DNA of 64,000 bases from Candidatus Poribacteria bacterium (GCA_028820655.1 JAPPIK010000006.1:183427-247426); one strand, 5' to 3'; counted from the first letter of the stretch, positions 41,446 to 52,910 are shown. A program made the numbers and translations. Notes: a model not told the origin generated them from the letters alone.

Positions 41446-42030
41446 CTAAGATATTATGTTCGAGAATCTTTCGAATGGCAATCACAAAATTGATGGACCT
41501 GCATCCGCTGCACAAGGACGGAGACAACATGGAAGGATATCTATCACCGCTCCGATCCAAATCACATTGGGCGAATCATAGGAGCGCGCCATTGTCCCTG
41601 TCGGAATAATTCTTCCAGCAGGTAACACTCTTGTACCGCAAACTGTTAGTTTGCGGATCACAATCTAACAGATTGCGGTACAGATTTACTTCTCTAAGAC
41701 TGGTTCTGAAAAGGTGTTACCTGTGAGAAATGTCCCGTAACTCTTAGGCGTTTCGCAGGATTCGTAGAGTTAAAATTTGCCGCATGTTTAGTCCGGGCGT
41801 GTAAGCCCCCGTTAGCACTGCATTCCCCTACTCGGCGCGTTCCCTTCCTCTTCGATCGGGCTGGATTGGAAAATGCAGACCCATGGTCTAGACAGTTACA
41901 ATTTCACCCTCGGAACCTGCCGAGATACTTCCCGTTTTTGCTTGGTAAAGAAACCTCCGAATCAGGTAGAATATGCGGAAACATCAACTTGCCGAACGAA
42001 CGCGGTTGAACTTTCTCGCGGAGGAAACCG

Positions 42031-43083
42031 ATGATCGAAGTTGAAAATCTCACGAAAAATTACGGACCGATCCGAGCGCTAGAGGACATCTCGTTTCGAA
42101 TCGAAAAAGGCGAAGTTGTGGGTTTTCTCGGTCCCAACGGCGCGGGCAAGACGACCACCATGCGCATCTTGACATGCTTCATGCCCGCGAGCAGCGGTAG
42201 AGCGACTGTTGCCGGATACGACATCTTTCGTGAATCCATTGAGGTGCGTAAGCGCATCGGCTATTTGCCCGAGAACATACCGCTTTATCCGGAGATGACC
42301 GTCTCCAGGTATCTCAAATACATCTCGAAGATTAAGGGATTGCCGCGCAGTCGGCGCGCCGATCGATTGGATCTGGCGGTTGAGGCGTGCGGTTTGACCG
42401 AGCGGCGGAATCAGATTATTGGTCAGTTATCCAAGGGATACCGACAGCGTGTCGGTTTGGCGCAAGCTTTGATACATGATCCGGAAGTGATGATATTCGA
42501 CGAGCCGACTTCGGGTTTGGATCCGCGCCAAATTATTGAAATCAGGGAACTGATTAAGGACCTCGGCAAGGAACATACAATCATCCTTAGCACACATATT
42601 CTGCCGGAGGCGAGCATGACCTGCGAACGTCTGATTGTCATAAACGAGGGACGCATCGCGGGCGATGTCAAACTGTCGGAGGGGAAGGCTATCTCGATTG
42701 ATGCAGGCGAGCAGGTTGAATCGACTCTCAATGAGGGGAAAACGCTTTACCTTGAAGTTGACGGACCGGCGGAGCAGATCTCGACCGCACTCGAACCCGT
42801 GCCGAGTGTCGACCGAGTAGTAGACCGGGGGACGAGCGAAAGCAACCATCCGATTTTTCACGTGAATTACGATGCGGAGACAGATGCCCGCCCGGAAATC
42901 GGGGCTACGATTGTCCGCAACGGGTGGAGTTTACTTGAGATGCGCGTGATCGACGAGACGCTTGAAGAGGTTTTTCTCCGGTTGACTTCGGGCAGCGATA
43001 ATCGAGCGGACGGATTGAGCGACGACGTGGATGTTTCTGAGAATGACCAAGTTCAAACGGCACATGTAGACATAGAGGATTAG
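42031..43083 (+). CDS. ABC transporter ATP-binding protein (ABC-2/GldA-like) with C-terminal extension
   Basis: Walker A GPNGAGKTT, signature LSKGYRQRV, Walker B MIFDEPTSGLD, H-loop STHIL. Confidence 0.88.
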   Translation: MIEVENLTKNYGPIRALEDISFRIEKGEVVGFLGPNGAGKTTTMRILTCFMPASSGRATVAGYDIFRESIEVRKRIGYLPENIPLYPEMTVSRYLKYISKIKGLPRSRRADRLDLAVEACGLTERRNQIIGQLSKGYRQRVGLAQALIHDPEVMIFDEPTSGLDPRQIIEIRELIKDLGKEHTIILSTHILPEASMTCERLIVINEGRIAGDVKLSEGKAISIDAGEQVESTLNEGKTLYLEVDGPAEQISTALEPVPSVDRVVDRGTSESNHPIFHVNYDAETDARPEIGATIVRNGWSLLEMRVIDETLEEVFLRLTSGSDNRADGLSDDVDVSENDQVQTAHVDIED

Positions 43084-43182
43084 ATGTAGTAAAATGGCTT
43101 AGTAAGCGAGGAAGAGAACCCGAAGACGAAAGAGCCACCGAGAATAGTTCCAATTCGACTGAGTCGTGGTGTAGATTAACCC

Positions 43183-43337
43183 CTGGTGCTAGTGCGTTAG
43201 ATACCGTATTGGGCGATTGATAAAGGTACAAAGCCATCATCGTGAATCGACACCATGATACATTTCGCGCTAGGACAATCCCAACATGCATTATTACGCA
43301 ATTTATCTACGAATTTCATACTGGCAACATTGGTTAT
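43183..43337 (+). repeat. ~155-bp structured element, copy 1 (copy 2 at 46414-46567; 62-bp identical core)
   Basis: Direct read: shared core gcgattgataaaggtacaaagccatcatcgtgaatcgacaccatgatacatttcgcgctagg. Bracket a 3.1-kb AT-rich segment. Confidence 0.8.
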
Positions 43338-46300
43338 TAGCTGGAACTATCAACTGGGTGGTGTCCATGGTTGATGCTTACAGTTCCGCACAACGAATCA
43401 ATCTTGAACGTGCGTATCCAACGAGACGATTAAGCCTTCAACCAAGGCTTTCCGAACACCAGGAGGGGGCTCTGGTGTCTTTCCGGCTCTAACATATTCT
43501 AAGACCTAGCGGGCATCATTGGCTGCGCCGTCTAGAAGTTTCTAATTGAAATGTTTGACCACTGAACTTGAACACGATAAGGAGAAGCTGACAATGAGTG
43601 ACATTGGTGATGTGCTTAACAAGCTACAGCAGATCGATTGCCGCGACATAAACAGTGAACTAATTGACGAAATTCAACTAATCGTCCAAGAAGTGGGCGA
43701 AACTCATAAGTTAGAAAGCGGAGGCGCAGTCGACCGAACTGGCTCGCATGAACAACTAGACCAAACTTGGGATGAATTAGATCGGACAATTGAGAAACTA
43801 AGCACCAATTCAACTCCAGAAGAATGTCGTCCATTAATCCATCGGGCAACCGAACTAACGAACCGTCTGTATGATAGATTTTACCACCCAAATGGGATGC
43901 CTAAAAAACTGCGTTAGGTTTCCTCTGCGTAGGGGAGCGATTATGAACGAGTTTAACGATGATTATATCCGAGATTTATCAATCCTAACCAAGTAGGCTA
44001 AAGTTTGGGCGAAGGTTTTACGGTGTGAAACTGAACTCGCAGTATTAAGAGTGACCTGCGGCGGCGTTACGGGTACGCAGTCTTGTTAACTTACCCGTCT
44101 CTTAGACAGGGAAGAAGGAGGTTTACCATTTCTGAACATGATATAACTGCCGTACGCATTGCGAAGCGATATTATGGTTACTATCATCGTGGTTACGGGG
44201 CTGATATTGTAGTAAACAATATGGCTATCAAGGTAGAAACCCTTTAAACGGTTGAAGAAGCCGAGGGCCAACTTAGAATGTATCGTTTCCCGGTTTACGT
44301 GGCTGGAGCCAATCCCGCCGCAACCTAGATCGGTCTTGATTACTATGCACATTCCGACATCGGTGTGATGGGCCGTACTGGAAACATAGTCGTAGAATCC
44401 CATCAACCTGAGCCACTGCGTATGTTCGACTGAGTTTGCATCGCTCGGATGCACTCTAATTTTATAAAAGCGCATTCCAGAGTTCGTCTTGATTGATTTG
44501 ATATCCAAAGTAGCCAATATACTAGAGGTAGAAGATGACAGATACGACCAAGTGGAAAAACGTGCGGATTAGGGCGGACTACGCCAATAAAATTCGCAAT
44601 CTTGCATCATTGCGCGAAGAGAAGATATGGTATGTGGTGGACACGATTGTGCTCACACCCAGTGACAATGTCGTGATAGACCGATTCGTCGAGGGCAAAG
44701 TGTGCTTGCTTCGAGACATAGAATCTGGTAAAAGCACAGTGGACATGGGTTATACCACTATCCACGTCACTGCTGCAGCATATGACAGAATCGCTAGGAT
44801 AGCGAAGGTATTCTCTCGCTATTCGACTGCGAAGTACATGTCTACGCTTTTCTCCCCGCCTATCAAGCGTCTGATAGAGTATCTGGACGCCGACGAGGCG
44901 CATTCACCCCACGAGTTGGGAGTGCAAGTCGCACCCCAACTCACTCAACTCAAACTAGGCAAGGAGGATTAACCATCCATGTATGGTGGACGCATCATCA
45001 AGCAATTCGCGAATACGCCGACAGTGTAGATAAGATGAAGAAATGGTTGGACGCATGACAGGGCAATGCCGCTAGGTAGACCGTTTCCCGACACTTACCG
45101 CTACATGTCCTTCCAGTTAATGCCATGAAATACAGCAGGAACACTGACAAAAGCAACTACCAGTCGCATAGTTGATGACGAGATACACGTGCATTTCAAA
45201 TCAACACGCGTTACATGATCTTGGCATCGTTGATGGAAATTATAGCCTTTTTATTTGCCATTCCCATTATTATCTTAACAATCAACAGCATGATTGCGAT
45301 CGCAAAGCATTTCATTGAACGCCCCGACGAGATATTTTGGGACTCCACTCAAGAGTTCATTAGATTGTTTATGAGCCTCTGTTGGTCCAATGGAGTTATC
45401 GCGTCTTGCAATCCAAATGACTATTTGGAATCAATAGCAGAAGGTTTCAACTATATCGACACTTCAGAGTTTCGACATCCTAACCAAGGCCACACTGCCA
45501 AGGCCACACTTACCATCAACTCTGCGGTCACGATGGCGAATCAGAAGAACGTTCCACCAAACTGGGCGGTGGAAATCGTAGTCGAGGCTGTTATCCGGGC
45601 TCTAAATGACAAGCATCCGTTCATAGCTAAATCTCAGATAAAGAAGTCCTATAACGCGCTTTACGATGCGGTTTTGGCTAGTCATGGTAATGGTATGGAA
45701 GTCGAACCTCCAGTTTAACACGCCCATGTCCATCAATTCATGATGAACCTGTTTATCTATGCAATGAAATACGGCGGCAATATCGACAGAAACAACCACC
45801 GGTCGCTTAGTCAATGAGCAGATTTTGGTGCGGTTAGAGCGAACGGTAATCTATTGCCGTATCCCCAGTTCGCGCTTTGGTGTCTCGGGGGCATTTTTTT
45901 AACCTTCATTCCTTTCAGAACGGAAAATGAAAACCATGATTACGAAGATTCTTGTCACGCTAGACATCATTGACAACGGCTATCTCGATCCAAGGAAAAT
46001 ATCGTCAACGTGCGCCGTGGCACAGGCTTTGGGAAAGCCACTTTTTTCGCAACACTTCCCGTCGGCACAGGTTTTCAATAACTTTGTGCTACTCAGGCGT
46101 CCGAATGACATCCGAGATACTGTGTTCACGGTGTCAATAGCGTTTAGGAACTGGATTTACATATTCGACCGGTGGCAGAAACTCCGTTCGAAGTTGCAAA
46201 CAGCGAAGTTGGAAGGCATGTCCCCGGGAGAGTTAAGAGAACGCCCAATACGCGAATTGGCTTAATGGAAGCGGGAAATCCGTGCGCAAAGCTGTGCCGT

Positions 46301-46413
46301 GGCGCGGACATAGAAAGTGGGCAGCCACCGGACCAGCGGCTAAACAGAGTCTTAACGGCGAGCGTCTCATGGGCGGTGACAAGACAGAGGAATCTGATTC
46401 GTTTGTCTAATAA
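43338..46413. mobile_element. AT-rich (~40-45% GC) 3.1-kb island of small hypothetical genes bounded by ~155-bp direct repeats; no integrase seen
   Basis: Compositional shift versus flanks. Direct repeats at both ends. ORFs 43546-43917(+), 44535-44972(+), 45215-45718(+), 45927-46265(+) and a possible 44086-44517(-) have no recognisable domains. Confidence 0.5.
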
Positions 46414-46626
46414 CCTTTGGTGCTAGTTTAGAGACTGAATTGAGCGATTGATAAAGGTACAAAGCCATCATCGTGAATCGACACCATGATACATTTCGCG
46501 CTAGGGCGATGCCAAAATGTATTATCGCGCTATTTATCTCCAAGTTTCGAACTGGCACCATTGGTTATGAATGAGTACGGTAATGTAGCGCAAACTGTTA
46601 GTCTGCGGGATGGGATCCCAATACCC

Positions 46627-47712
46627 ATGAAGATTTTACATATTATTATCTTATGTATCGTATTCTTATCAAGTTCGTGTTCTAGGCGTTCTATTACAGG
46701 GCTGTTTTTTCGCGTAAACACTGCACCAGTTGGCCTGAATCTCGAAGATTCGTATGGCCCACGCGAAACTGATGAAAAAACTAAAGCGATAGTCGCGGCG
46801 GCCAAGACTTTTCTAGCTTCACTAAATGATAAACAGAAGCAGGCTGCGTCGTATGATTTTTCCGATAACGCACAACGATCCAACTGGTCAAACTTCCCTG
46901 AAGGCATGATCCCTAGGGGTGGCTTAAAACTGGGTAAACTCTACAAGGAACAACGTACACTTCTGGATAAACTGCTGTCCGAACTCATGAGCGAAAAAGG
47001 TGTCCAAAATATCAGCTACCAATTGGCGGCTGAAGACTCCATTTCCCCAAACTCACTGCTTAAATATGGGACACAATACTTCTACGTCGCTTTTCTTGGC
47101 GAGCCTTCAAACACTTACCCGTGGATGTTCCAGTTTGGCGGCCATCACCTAGGTATCAACGTTACGATTTATGGCCCTGACACTACTTTTTCACCAATGC
47201 TCACCGGCGGTCAGCCAATGCTTATCAAATACGGAGGAAAGGAAGTATTTATCATACAGAAAGAAGCTTCGGTAGCTCAAGCCTTTCTGAATTGTCTGAC
47301 CGAAGAACAGAAAAATATCGCTGTGTGTGGGGAAGAAGCAATCGACCTTCTGCTGGGTCCTGGTGAATATGGTACGGTCGTCACATCCGAGGGCATCAAA
47401 GGTAGCGATCTGACAAACGACCAAAGGCTATTGTTACTGGAATTGATCAAAACGCGATTAGGCTTCATTAACGACGACGATTTTGCCGCAACGATGGCCA
47501 CTGTCCTCGCTGAACTAGACGATACCTATTTCGGATGGTGGGGACCGCAGGATAGGTTAGGGTTTGCCTATTTCCGAGTGACCGGACCCTCTTTGGTGCT
47601 TGAATATGCCCCTCAAGATGATGACGATGCAAGTTTCATAACCCATGTACATAGCATATACCGCAACCCTAAAAACGACTACGGTGCCGCATGGCTGAAT
47701 GACAAGCAATGA
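46627..47712 (+). CDS. DUF3500-family lipoprotein
   Basis: ATG 46627. Lipoprotein signal MKILHIIILCIVFLSSSC. YPWMFQFGGHHLGINV motif typical of DUF3500. Confidence 0.6.
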   Translation: MKILHIIILCIVFLSSSCSRRSITGLFFRVNTAPVGLNLEDSYGPRETDEKTKAIVAAAKTFLASLNDKQKQAASYDFSDNAQRSNWSNFPEGMIPRGGLKLGKLYKEQRTLLDKLLSELMSEKGVQNISYQLAAEDSISPNSLLKYGTQYFYVAFLGEPSNTYPWMFQFGGHHLGINVTIYGPDTTFSPMLTGGQPMLIKYGGKEVFIIQKEASVAQAFLNCLTEEQKNIAVCGEEAIDLLLGPGEYGTVVTSEGIKGSDLTNDQRLLLLELIKTRLGFINDDDFAATMATVLAELDDTYFGWWGPQDRLGFAYFRVTGPSLVLEYAPQDDDDASFITHVHSIYRNPKNDYGAAWLNDKQ

Positions 47713-47921
47713 GAAAAATAGCCGCGGCATTATACGAACATTCACTACTGCTTTTTGGAGTAATGATTACTCTTACTATTTTAACCGCTGCAGCGGCTCG
47801 TCATTCCACAAGTCGTCATTTCTTACCAGGCGCGAAAATCTGAGGACTGGCAACGGGGAATCGGGTACCTGAAACAGGAGATTGAAACGCTTAATCGGAA
47901 TTAAGTCGCGAAATCATAACG

Positions 47922-50765
47922 ATGAAAACATGGGTGAGGTTGTTATTTATAGGGTTTCTCGTTCTGCTGACGAACAGCGCTTATCTCATCAGTTCCGGAG
48001 AGCCGACTCTATTTTACATCTTTAACGTCCTGCTTCATGTCGTAATCGGTTTGGCGCTGGTAATTCCGTTTGCCGTGTATGTCAGGGGACATATCAGGGG
48101 TATGTCCATCGTTGGCAAGGTGAGCCTGCCATGTTTGGCGATTGGGATTGCCTCCGGCGGATACCTGATGATAGTCGGGGCGACTCGGCCGTATCGATGG
48201 TTGCTCATCCTACATATCGCCGCAACGACGCTTGGAGTGCTTTTGCTTGTTGCGCATCTAATCGTATTGGCTAGGCGTCCGGACGCCTCGATATCCCAAC
48301 AAAAAGCGGCAAAAACAGCGGGCGCCATCCTCGTTGTCTGTATTCTCTTTCCCTTCGCCGCGAGAATCGTGGGGCATTACCGCCCAAACCCCGACTATCT
48401 GGTCAGGAATCCGTCTTCCCCTCCTGCCAGCATGCACGAAGAGGGCGGGGGCAGCGGCGGTCATTTCTTTCCGGGTTCCGTCGAAACCTACTCCGGCGGC
48501 CTCATTCCGACGGATTTTTTTCTGACATCGCACACCTGCGCCGAGAGCAACTGCCATCCCGACATCTACGAACAGTGGAACGAGTCGGCGCATCACTTCG
48601 CTTCCTTCAACAATCAGTGGTATCGCAAGTCGATCATGTACATGCAGGAGGTCAACGGCATCCAGCCGTCGAAATGGTGCGGCGGCTGTCATGACCTCGC
48701 GGTATTGCTAAACGGCGTGATGGACAAACCGATCCGGGAGAACCTACATACGCCCGCGGCGCAGGCGGGGTTGGCTTGCGTTGCATGCCATTCGATCGAG
48801 AAGGTCAAGGATACGATGGGCAACAACGGATTCGTTATGAACTATCCGCCGCTGCACAAGATCGCGGCCAGCGAGATCCCGGCTATCCGAAAACTCCATA
48901 ACTATCTTATCCGCCTTGACCCGGAACCGCACAGACGAAGTTTCTTGAAGCCCTTCCACCGCGAGAGTACCGCCGAATTTTGCTCCACCTGCCATAAGGT
49001 GCATCTGGATGAACCGGTCAACAACTTCCGTTGGTTCCGGGGTTTTAACGATTACGACCAGTGGCAATCCAGCGGTGTTTCCCATCAGGGGGCGTTATCC
49101 TTCTATTACCCCGAAAGTGCCAAGAAATGTACCGATTGCCACATGCCGTTGGTCGAATCGACCGATGCGGGCAACGTCGATGGCAAAGTGCACAACCACC
49201 GTTTTCCGGGCGCGAACACCGCGCTTCCTTACGTGAACAAGCACGCCGAGCAACTCAAAATCGTTACGGAGTTCTTGCAAAATGATCAAGTCACCGTGGA
49301 CATCTTCGCACTGAGCGGCGCAACGCCGATTCAACTTTCGCAAGAGGGTCGCCCGGTAAACCGCCCGACAGTGTTGAGCATGATGGGAGAGGAGGACACC
49401 CACGGACGGGCCGCCGGGACGCTAACGGACATATCAAAGATTGTCGCGCCGATCGATTTATCAGATGCGACGGTGAAGCGCGGCGAGGAAGTCCGCGTAG
49501 ATGTAGTCGTCCGAACGAGAGGGGTGGGGCACCGCTTTCCAGCGGGAACGATCGATGCTTTCGACATCTGGTTGGAGTTGAAGGCGACCGATGAGAACGG
49601 GACAATCATATTTTGGAGCGGACTGGTGGAGGCGGAAGACGGTGACGGTCCGGTTGACCCGGGGGCGCACTTCTATCGAGCCTACATGCTGGATGAGCAC
49701 GGCAACTTGATTAACAAACGCAACGCTTGGGCTACGAGAACGGTTCTGTACGCGCGAACGATTCCGCCCGGGGCTGCGGATACGGTGCATTATCGCTTGG
49801 CTATACCCCCCGACTGCGGCGATAAAATTTATCTTCACGCCAAATTGAACTATCGCAAGTTCAACTGGTGGCATACGCAGTGGGCGTATGCGGGAGTTCG
49901 GGATCCCGAGGACACCGATTTTCAGGTCGATAAGGGGTACGACGACGGTCGGTGGGTGTTCACCGGCGATACATCGGACGTCGCCGGCGAAATCAAAGAG
50001 ATTCCCAATCTGCCGATTGTAGTCATGGCGGAAGATGAAACGACGTTAACGGTTATTGACGCCGACGCCGTCAAGCCCGATGTCGAAACTCCTCCCGGAG
50101 AGGGTCTGCGTGAGCGCTGGAACGATTACGGAATCGGCTTGTTCCTCCAAGGCGATCTGAAGGGGGCGGAAGCCGTGTTCACCAGAGTTACCGAACTTGA
50201 ACCGGATTATATGGACGGGTGGGTCAACATCGCGCGATGCCGCATTCGAGAAGGGGATATAAAGGGCGCTGACGAAGTGCTTTTCAAAGCCTTCGAGATT
50301 CAGAAGACGCTGCCTGAAAACAGCCCGCATCGCGCGAAGGTGCATTACTTTTATGCACTTACGAAAAAAGCGGTCGGCGAGTATGACGAGGCGATTCAAC
50401 ATTTGCGATCCGCCGCGTCGCAATTCCCTCGGGACCGCACCGTGCGCAATGAAATCGGACGCCTGCTTTTCCTGCAGCGCAAATACAACGAAGCCATTGA
50501 AGAATTTCAGAAAACCGTTGCAGTTGACCCGGAAGATCTGAACGCGCACTACAATATGATGCTCTGCTACCGCGCACTCAAGAATACGTCGATGGCGGCA
50601 AAGGAACAGAAGTTGTACATGCGGTTCAAAGCCGATGAATCGGTTGACGCGATTACCGGTATAACACGCCGCGCGGACCCCCATGCAAACTTGGAGCGCC
50701 AGCGAATCCATGAACACAGGTCGGCGCTAAAAGCCCCAATCAGCGTTCAAAGTTCGAGTTATTGA
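47922..50765 (+). CDS. Membrane-anchored multihaem c-type cytochrome with C-terminal TPR repeats
   Basis: 4 N-terminal TM helices. Haem motifs CGGCH, CVACH, CSTCH, CTDCH plus atypical CAESNCH (CX4CH). TPR-like repeats in the last ~250 aa. Confidence 0.75.
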   Translation: MKTWVRLLFIGFLVLLTNSAYLISSGEPTLFYIFNVLLHVVIGLALVIPFAVYVRGHIRGMSIVGKVSLPCLAIGIASGGYLMIVGATRPYRWLLILHIAATTLGVLLLVAHLIVLARRPDASISQQKAAKTAGAILVVCILFPFAARIVGHYRPNPDYLVRNPSSPPASMHEEGGGSGGHFFPGSVETYSGGLIPTDFFLTSHTCAESNCHPDIYEQWNESAHHFASFNNQWYRKSIMYMQEVNGIQPSKWCGGCHDLAVLLNGVMDKPIRENLHTPAAQAGLACVACHSIEKVKDTMGNNGFVMNYPPLHKIAASEIPAIRKLHNYLIRLDPEPHRRSFLKPFHRESTAEFCSTCHKVHLDEPVNNFRWFRGFNDYDQWQSSGVSHQGALSFYYPESAKKCTDCHMPLVESTDAGNVDGKVHNHRFPGANTALPYVNKHAEQLKIVTEFLQNDQVTVDIFALSGATPIQLSQEGRPVNRPTVLSMMGEEDTHGRAAGTLTDISKIVAPIDLSDATVKRGEEVRVDVVVRTRGVGHRFPAGTIDAFDIWLELKATDENGTIIFWSGLVEAEDGDGPVDPGAHFYRAYMLDEHGNLINKRNAWATRTVLYARTIPPGAADTVHYRLAIPPDCGDKIYLHAKLNYRKFNWWHTQWAYAGVRDPEDTDFQVDKGYDDGRWVFTGDTSDVAGEIKEIPNLPIVVMAEDETTLTVIDADAVKPDVETPPGEGLRERWNDYGIGLFLQGDLKGAEAVFTRVTELEPDYMDGWVNIARCRIREGDIKGADEVLFKAFEIQKTLPENSPHRAKVHYFYALTKKAVGEYDEAIQHLRSAASQFPRDRTVRNEIGRLLFLQRKYNEAIEEFQKTVAVDPEDLNAHYNMMLCYRALKNTSMAAKEQKLYMRFKADESVDAITGITRRADPHANLERQRIHEHRSALKAPISVQSSSY

Positions 50766-50808
50766 TTCCATCTCAAACCCCTTTTTTCTTCCGCGATTCC
50801 GCCCCGCC

Positions 50809-52356
50809 ATGTTTAATAGACCCAATTTCAGATTAGCGTGCGCAATTGCCTTGGCGGCTTTCAAAGTGTTGTGCGCCAGTCATGCCGATAGGGGTGACGA
50901 TATCCTTCCGTTGATTCAAGCCGATGCTCTCGAAACCCACATCTTCGCACTGCAGGAGAATATAAAGCGCGGACGAACGGACTTTGCTTATCGCACGCGC
51001 AGTGCCCACAATAGCGAAGCTTCGGACAATGCAGCGGAATATATCGCTTCTCAGTATCGAAGGTCGCCAAGGTTAGAGGTCAAGTTCGAGGAGGTTGGCG
51101 GCATGAAGAATGTGGTGGCTACATTGCCCGCACGCCCCGAATCGGGAAGCGACCGGATATTCATCCTTTGCGCTCACTATGACTCAAAGGCGGATCGCGA
51201 CCGAGATTGGAACCCTTTGACATCGGAGGCTCCCGGGGCGGACGACAACGCGACGGGGGTTGCCGCGATGCTCGAGATCGCGCATGTTCTAAGTCAGTTC
51301 GATTATGATTACGAGTTGCGATTCATCGCATTTGCCGGAAAAGAGGTCGGATTGGTAGGCAGTAAATTTCATGCCCAAAAGGCGTCAGAGACGGGGGAAG
51401 ACATTGCGGCGGTGCTCAACATCGACATGATCGGTTTCAATTGGATCAAAAACCGGGTGGTGATAATCCAAGACAACTCGTCTCAATGGATTGGCGATAC
51501 GACGCTTCTCGTTAATAGATGGTATGCACTTGGAATGGAAATCGTGGGTGCCGGAGTTACACCGGTTGAGAAAGGAGATCATACATCGTTCTGGGGGAAC
51601 GACTATCACGCGATGACCCTCTCCGAAAGCGAAATCCCCAGGTTAGATTCAGAAGGTTACCGCGCCAATCCGTTTTACCATACGTCTGAGGACACGATTC
51701 AGACGGTTAACGTCGATCTTGTCCGGAGAGTCACGCAACTTGCGCTCTTAACGCTGAATTGCCTAGCAAGCATGCCCTACGAAATCAATGACACGTTACC
51801 GCATGTTACGGTCGATCCACAGACTCTGGTCAGACAGAATCCGGTTCAAATCACCGGTCAGTTTGAAACGCTGTTCCCAATCTACATTGTCGTGCAGCCG
51901 GGAAATATAAGCGCTCAAATAGATAGAACCAATAATACCTATTCAGTAACGGTTCCGTTGCGGACGGGGACAAACCGTATCCGTGTATCGGCAATTCATG
52001 CACTGAGTGCCCGTTCGGTAGAACAGACTATTGTGTATGAACCCGATTTTGAATGGGAAAGTGTGCTCGTTTATCCGAATCCGTCGCGGAACAAGGATGA
52101 ATTGGTAGTATTCCGGGCGGAGGCAAATCTGCCAATCGAACAGATGAAGGTGTACGTACATTCATCGGACGGTATGTTGGTAAGGCGAATTACAGGGGCT
52201 GTCGATCGGGCGGATTCGCGAATCTGGCGAGCGTGGTGGAATCGAAAGATTGTCTACAACCTTCCGGTTGCATCAGGAGTTTATGTGTGTCGATTTGAAA
52301 TCATCGTCAAGGGAAATACATACACTCGACACCGAAAACTGGCAATTGTCCAGTAG
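50809..52356 (+). CDS. M28-family zinc aminopeptidase with T9SS C-terminal sorting domain
   Basis: Signal peptide. DDNATGVAAMLEIAH (M28 zinc-ligand region). C-terminal ...LVYPNPSRNKDE...GVYVCRFEI... CTD. Confidence 0.75.
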   Translation: MFNRPNFRLACAIALAAFKVLCASHADRGDDILPLIQADALETHIFALQENIKRGRTDFAYRTRSAHNSEASDNAAEYIASQYRRSPRLEVKFEEVGGMKNVVATLPARPESGSDRIFILCAHYDSKADRDRDWNPLTSEAPGADDNATGVAAMLEIAHVLSQFDYDYELRFIAFAGKEVGLVGSKFHAQKASETGEDIAAVLNIDMIGFNWIKNRVVIIQDNSSQWIGDTTLLVNRWYALGMEIVGAGVTPVEKGDHTSFWGNDYHAMTLSESEIPRLDSEGYRANPFYHTSEDTIQTVNVDLVRRVTQLALLTLNCLASMPYEINDTLPHVTVDPQTLVRQNPVQITGQFETLFPIYIVVQPGNISAQIDRTNNTYSVTVPLRTGTNRIRVSAIHALSARSVEQTIVYEPDFEWESVLVYPNPSRNKDELVVFRAEANLPIEQMKVYVHSSDGMLVRRITGAVDRADSRIWRAWWNRKIVYNLPVASGVYVCRFEIIVKGNTYTRHRKLAIVQ

Positions 52357-52602
52357 ACCATGGTCAGTCCAATTGGTAAATTTTACGATGGACATGTCGA
52401 GTCATTCTGTGCTATAATTTGTAGTCAGATAAAATTGCAATGAAGTCGATGAATAAATTGACGACCCAAAAACTACAATTGAGATCGTTGCTTGGAGCGA
52501 CCAAGCGGGGTTTTTTGAAGCCGCCGGTCAATGCACGGGTTCCGGTCTAGACATCACAATAAAGATGACGAGTGTATCTTCTACGAAAGGAGGTATTCTG
52601 AA

Positions 52603-52872
52603 TTGGCCCATAGAAAATCCGCAATGAAGCACATTCGTGCCGATCAGAGAAAAGCGGAAGTGAATCGAAGACGGAAGGTGACCCTGAGAACAACGCTGAA
52701 GAAAACAGAAGCGGCAATCGCGGCAGGGGATTCGGAACTTGCTCAGGGTTTGTATCGGCAGGCTTCCGGACGCCTCGACAGGGCGGCGCAGAAGGGCGTC
52801 ATCAAACGAGGCGAGGCGGCACGTCGGAAGTCGCGTCTTTCACAGAAGCTGAACGACATGAGCGCCGACTGA
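52603..52872 (+). CDS. rpsT: 30S ribosomal protein S20 (TTG start)
   Basis: AHRKSAMKHIRADQRKAEVNRRRK... basic N-terminus typical of S20. RBS AAAGGAGG 9 bp upstream of TTG 52603. Confidence 0.8.
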   Translation: MAHRKSAMKHIRADQRKAEVNRRRKVTLRTTLKKTEAAIAAGDSELAQGLYRQASGRLDRAAQKGVIKRGEAARRKSRLSQKLNDMSAD

Positions 52873-52910
52873 TTGTTGGACTTTTCAGGTTGTAGCACGA
52901 TTCCTATAAA

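Noticed and set aside
42905-43291. Antisense ORFs 42905-43291 and 46367-46561 sharing the peptide IALARNVSWCRFTMMALYLYQS
   Set aside because: Identity is a consequence of the duplicated ~155-bp DNA element. The first overlaps the ABC ATPase gene end. Not credible as proteins.
44086-44517. 143-aa minus-strand ORF inside the AT-rich island
   Set aside because: No RBS or domain evidence and hydrophobic low-complexity translation. Kept only as a possibility in the island description.
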